DNA of 64,000 nucleotides from Mytilus edulis (Eukaryota): NCBI RefSeq assembly GCF_963676685.1, contig NC_092353.1, positions 4,526,001 to 4,590,000 of the forward strand, read 5' to 3'. Shown piece by piece: positions 59,575 to 64,000 of this stretch (position 1 is its first letter; each line of letters starts with the position of its first letter). The notes under the pieces were generated by a model. It saw only the letters and a program-made list of their open reading frames with translations, ran no database searches and was not told where the DNA came from. The position numbers and the translations under genes were made by a program.

Positions 59575-59946
59575 ATTAAAGAACCTTAGTGAGCGCGCTC
59601 ACATACCCCACGCCCCCACATTGTCACTGGACAAATAAAATAACTCTAAGAAAAAAAATTGAATTATAATTTCCTGTCGATAGGCACATCAACATAGTAT
59701 GTCCTTATTATCTAAAAAGTTTCATGAAATTCTGTTGTGATGTTTCAGAGGAGTTTTGATGACAAACTGTTGCATTAGTATATTGAGGCAAATAAGTTCA
59801 AAGGGGAATAACTCCTAGAAAAAAAAATGGAATCATAATTCCCTGTCGATATGCACATCTACATAGTATGTCCTTATTATCTACAAAGTTTCATGAAATT
59901 CTGTTGTGTGATTTCAGATAAGTTGAGATGACAAACTGTTGCAGTA
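59575..59946. mobile_element. Truncated HINE-like element with ~157-bp internal repeats, cut by the duplication junction
   Basis: Hairpin GTGAGCGCGCTCAC followed by two copies of ...CCTGTCGATA.GCACATC.ACATAGTATGTCCTTATTATCTA.AAAGTTTCATGAAATTCTGTTGTG...GATGACAAACTGTTGCA. Confidence 0.6.
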
Positions 59947-61305
59947 GTTGCTGCCCCTGAATTAGTAATTTTAAGGAAATTTTACTGTTTTTGGTTATTA
60001 TCTTGAATATTATTATATAGATAGAGATAAACTTTAAACAGCAATAATGTTCAGCAAAGTAAGATCTACAAATAAGTCAACAAGACCAAAATTGTCAGTT
60101 GACCCATTTAGGAGTTATTGCCCTTTATAGTCAATTTTTAACCATTTTTCTAAAATTTTAGTATTCTTTTAAAAAATCTTCTCCTCTGAAACTATTGGGC
60201 CAAATTTAACCAAACTCGGCCACAATCATCATTTTGGTATACAGTTTTAAAAATGTGTGGCGTGACCATGCCAACTAACCAAGATGGCCGCCATGGCTAA
60301 AAATAGTACATAGGGGCGAAATGTAGATTTTGGCTTATATCTCTAAAACAAAGCATTTAGAGCAAATTTGACAGGGATAAATTGTTAATCAGGTCAAAAT
60401 CTATCTGCCCAGAAATTTTCAGACAAAACAGACAACCTGTTGTTGGGTTGCTGCCCCAGAATTAGTAATTTTAAGGAAATTTTGCAGTTTTGGTTATTAT
60501 CTTGAATATTATAATAGATAGAGATAAACTGTAAACAGCAATAATTTTCAGCAAAGTAAGATCTACAAATAAGTCAACATGACCAAAATTGTCAGTTTAC
60601 CTCTTAAGGAGTCATTGCCCCTTATAGTCTTGTTTTAACAATTTTCATAACTTTTTGTAAATTTTTGTAACTTTTTAGAATATATTTTCCACTGTAATTA
60701 CTGGGCCAAGTTCATTATAGATAGAGATAATTGTAGCAAGAAGAATGTCCAGTAAAGTAAGATCTACAAACACATCATGATCAACCAAAACACAATTTTA
60801 TCAAGAATTTATCTGTGTCCATTGTTTAATATGCACATAGACCAAGGTGAGCGACACAGGCTCTTGAGAGCCTTTTGGGTTTGTTTTATATTTGCCTTTG
60901 GGTTTGTATAATCCGTTCATCCTATTTGACTCTTCAAAATTCAAAAGTCTATCCTAAAATAAGGTAACTTATTTGGCCTTCCAAAAATCGTTTCGAGTCC
61001 TAACATCACTGAAGATATATATCTATTAGACTTCTACTAATTGTCGAAATCTGGATATGGTATACCGATGTTTGCACCTCATATTTGCGGTATAATATCT
61101 TTATCCGCAAGTTTGTTGTTTTCTGTTTGGTATTTAATTAAACCTTAATATCCATGTTGTTACATCTGGTGATCCATTTACTTGGCAATCGTCAATGGCA
61201 GTCAGCAAGGATAAAGAACATACGTTGTTTGACCTGCTAGTCAAATTGGTTTCGTTAAACTATACTTTTCAGATTTTAAGTCTGTTGGACCTCATGTATC
61301 AAAAG

Positions 61306-63410
61306 GCGTTAAGGACCAATTCGGGAGCATTTGATTTCTGACACAGATAACATAAATGTTGCTTGCACTAATTTCACTAATTCACTCCTTGACATAGCAT
61401 TAGAGTGTATACCTACACGAGAAGTTGTAGTGAGATGTGATGACAAAAAATGGTATAATTCTAACTTGCGTCGTGAAATGCGCAAGCGCGACAGATTTCG
61501 TAAATTATTTCTACGTTTGAAATCATCTTTGGCTGTACTTAAGTTTAAACAACAGTGAAACAAAGTAAATAACACGAATAAGCAGCCTAAAACACGTTTA
61601 CGCTGTTTAAATGAAAATTTAGATGACATCAAGCAGGCGAATCCGAAACAGTATTGGAAGATTATTGATGCACATTAACAGTGAGAGGCCTGTTCATGAC
61701 GTAACACCTTTGAAGGATCCGAATCAAAATTATAATTTGGCATATGAGAGCACTGAAAAGTCTGAAATTTCGAATAAATATTTCTGTTCTATAGCTAATT
61801 TGGAGAATCCAGATAAGATTTACCAGTCTTTCACGATCGTTGTGCTGATTTCCTGTCATCGGTTGTAGTTAGTGAACAAGACGTTCACGATATAATTTCC
61901 ACACTTGATGTTAATAAAGCGGTGGGGCCTGATACTATAAGAATGTTACTTGCTGTCAGAAACAAATTTCAAAACCATTATGTTTATTACTCAATAGGTC
62001 ATTACGGGATAAATATTCCCAAACCAGTGGAAAATTGCACATGTTTTTTCATTATTTAAAAGTGGTGATAAATCTTTACCCTCAAATTAAAGGCCTGTCT
62101 CTTTATTATCTTGTATTATTAAAATTCTAAAAACAATAGTTTTCAAAACTATTTTTAATCATTTGCATTCATCTATTAATCTATTATACAAGTTTCAATC
62201 GGGATTCATTCCTTGATATTCTACTACCCACCAATTGATTGAGTTGTATAATCATAATATAAAGTCACTAAACGACAAGCAAATTACTAGTATAACATTT
62301 GTGGATATAAGTTAAGCTTTTGATACAGTTCGGATCAAAGGTCTTTTATATAAGCTCGAACAATATATCATTAATGGGGATTGATTATGTTGGTTGAAAA
62401 GTTACTTATCGGGACGGTCACAAAGAGTGGTTATGACAGATTCACTATCCTCATTGGGCTGCTTAAGAGCTGGTGTGCCCCAGGGGTCGGCACTTGGTCC
62501 ATTATTATTCTTGATTTATATAAATGACATTGCAGATGATCTAAGTGGGTTCAGTAGACTTTTTGCTGATGACACATCTATCGGCCATACTGCACTCGAT
62601 GTTACAAATCTAAACACTTTAATAAATATTGATCTGAATAATTTACAAAATTGGTCTGGAAAGTGGATGCTAAAATTTCATCCTAATAAAACATATTAGG
62701 ATTTGTAATACTAGGAATATGCAGAACGTCCTTACTTTTGATTTTAGTGGAGTCTCAATAGCTCCTGTAGATACACAAACACATTTAGGTATTATTTTTA
62801 GTAGTGACTGTAAGTGGAATAAACATGTTGATAAACTGATAGAGAAGACGTCAAAACAAGTAAATGTACTGAGGAAACTAAAATTTAGACTTAAAAGGGA
62901 TTATCTTGAAAAGATTTATATGATTTTTATTCGTCCTATTTTGGAATATTCATCTGAAGTTTGGGACAACTGTGGGCAAATTCATTCCGAGCGGTTAGAA
63001 AAGATTCAGATTGCAGCAGCTTGTATAGTTACCGGTTTAAATACCATGTAATGCTAATAATAACTCTATTTATAGAGAGGGAATGGGAGAAATTAAGTGT
63101 AAGAAGGGAAGTTAAAAAAATGACCATGTTTTATAAAATTGTAAATAACCAAACACCGGATTCTTTACAAGCATTGGTTCCTCCGTATGTATCAGATACT
63201 ACTATTTTCAACCTGCGAAATAGACATAACATTAATATACCATTGAACCGTCTATCAGGTTATCAACAGTCTCTTTTCCCATCTTTTATTTCATTGTGGA
63301 ATGAATTAGATTTGCATATTCGTCAAATTCCTACTAAGATACAATTGCAACAATTGTATTTTCATAATGTAAAACCTCCTAGGTACTATTTTTGTGGAGA
63401 TAGATAGACC
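61306..63410 (+). mobile_element. Duplicate copy of the decayed CR1/L2-clade LINE
   Basis: Near-identical to 55930-58035 with the same inactivating lesions; offset 5375-5376 bp. Confidence 0.9.
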
Positions 63411-64000
63411 GAATTCGTCTGTTCCTATAATGCATGTATTTACTAATTTACATTTGCTTTTTATTGATTTGCTATTTTCTAATTTTTTTTTATAATAATT
63501 ATAGTGTATAATTCCATAAAATAACGTTTACTTGTTGTTCATCATCAATCTTTTGTGTGTCATTCTCATCTAAAACCACATAGCAAATTCAAGACATAGG
63601 CCCGCAATATTATATTGCGATTTACATGAACAGACACGTCTATTAAACCAACATGACAGTAAATAAGAAAAAGATAAATCCAGGAAGCCATAGTAACATC
63701 AACGAATCATTCTACCGGTGGTCCTATGGGAAACCACATCTTTGTTTTAGTCTTTGAAAACACCCTCAAACATTCAAACATATTATCCACATTGATCTAT
63801 GTCCACACTTGTTTTTAACCATATTTTAACCATATGTTTAAAACAATATGTACATAAATTAATGACAGTTGTAATTATACACCAGATGCTTCACGGTTGT
63901 ACCAGATGACCAAGTCGTTGAAAGTGTTTACTTAAACAATTTAGATACGGATTGCTTTCTTATTGAGTTGTTGAATTATCAGGTAAAGTTCTTAATATTT

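Larger units (their letters stand above)
54571..64000 (+). repeat. 5376-bp tandem segmental duplication (copy 1 54571-59946; copy 2 from 59947 to beyond the window end)
   Basis: Sequence from GTTGCTGCCCCTGAATTAG at 59947 repeats 54571 onward with only a handful of substitutions and a 1-bp indel. Confidence 0.93.

Noticed and set aside
55930-63410. Functional reverse transcriptase gene or two independent LINE insertions
   Set aside because: Multiple stops and frameshifts are shared by both copies, which arise from one segmental duplication.

Overview
AT-rich, intron-containing eukaryotic DNA. The repeat families look like those of a bivalve mollusc (Mytilus-like; an inference, not a database result). 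The six-frame ORF track misses the main content. Reading the minus strand exon by exon reveals a head-to-tail cluster of three paralogous multi-exon genes: gene 1 (<1261-20724, 3'-incomplete), gene 2 (23045-38573, ~448 aa) and gene 3 (39804-53071, ~438 aa). The two complete copies encode secreted Cys-rich proteins: signal peptide - ShKT-like (7 Cys) - Ly6/uPAR three-finger - ShKT-like - Ly6/uPAR - Thr/Ser linker - atypical C-type lectin domain. Intron phases are conserved across all three. The introns carry (i) a young tandem-array TRIM whose three 182-bp LTRs each contain a tRNA-like Pol III cassette, with a tRNA-Lys PBS, a PPT and a 4-bp TSD; (ii) minisatellites built from the genes' own splice junctions, including the same exon-4 donor amplified in two paralogs; (iii) a 5-kb DNA transposon with an intact 896-aa DDE-type transposase; and (iv) Helitrons, Helentron-type HINEs, MITEs, SINE-like repeats, long-hairpin elements and a P-element-like excision footprint. 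The right end is a near-identical 5.4-kb tandem duplication containing a decayed CR1/L2-type LINE.
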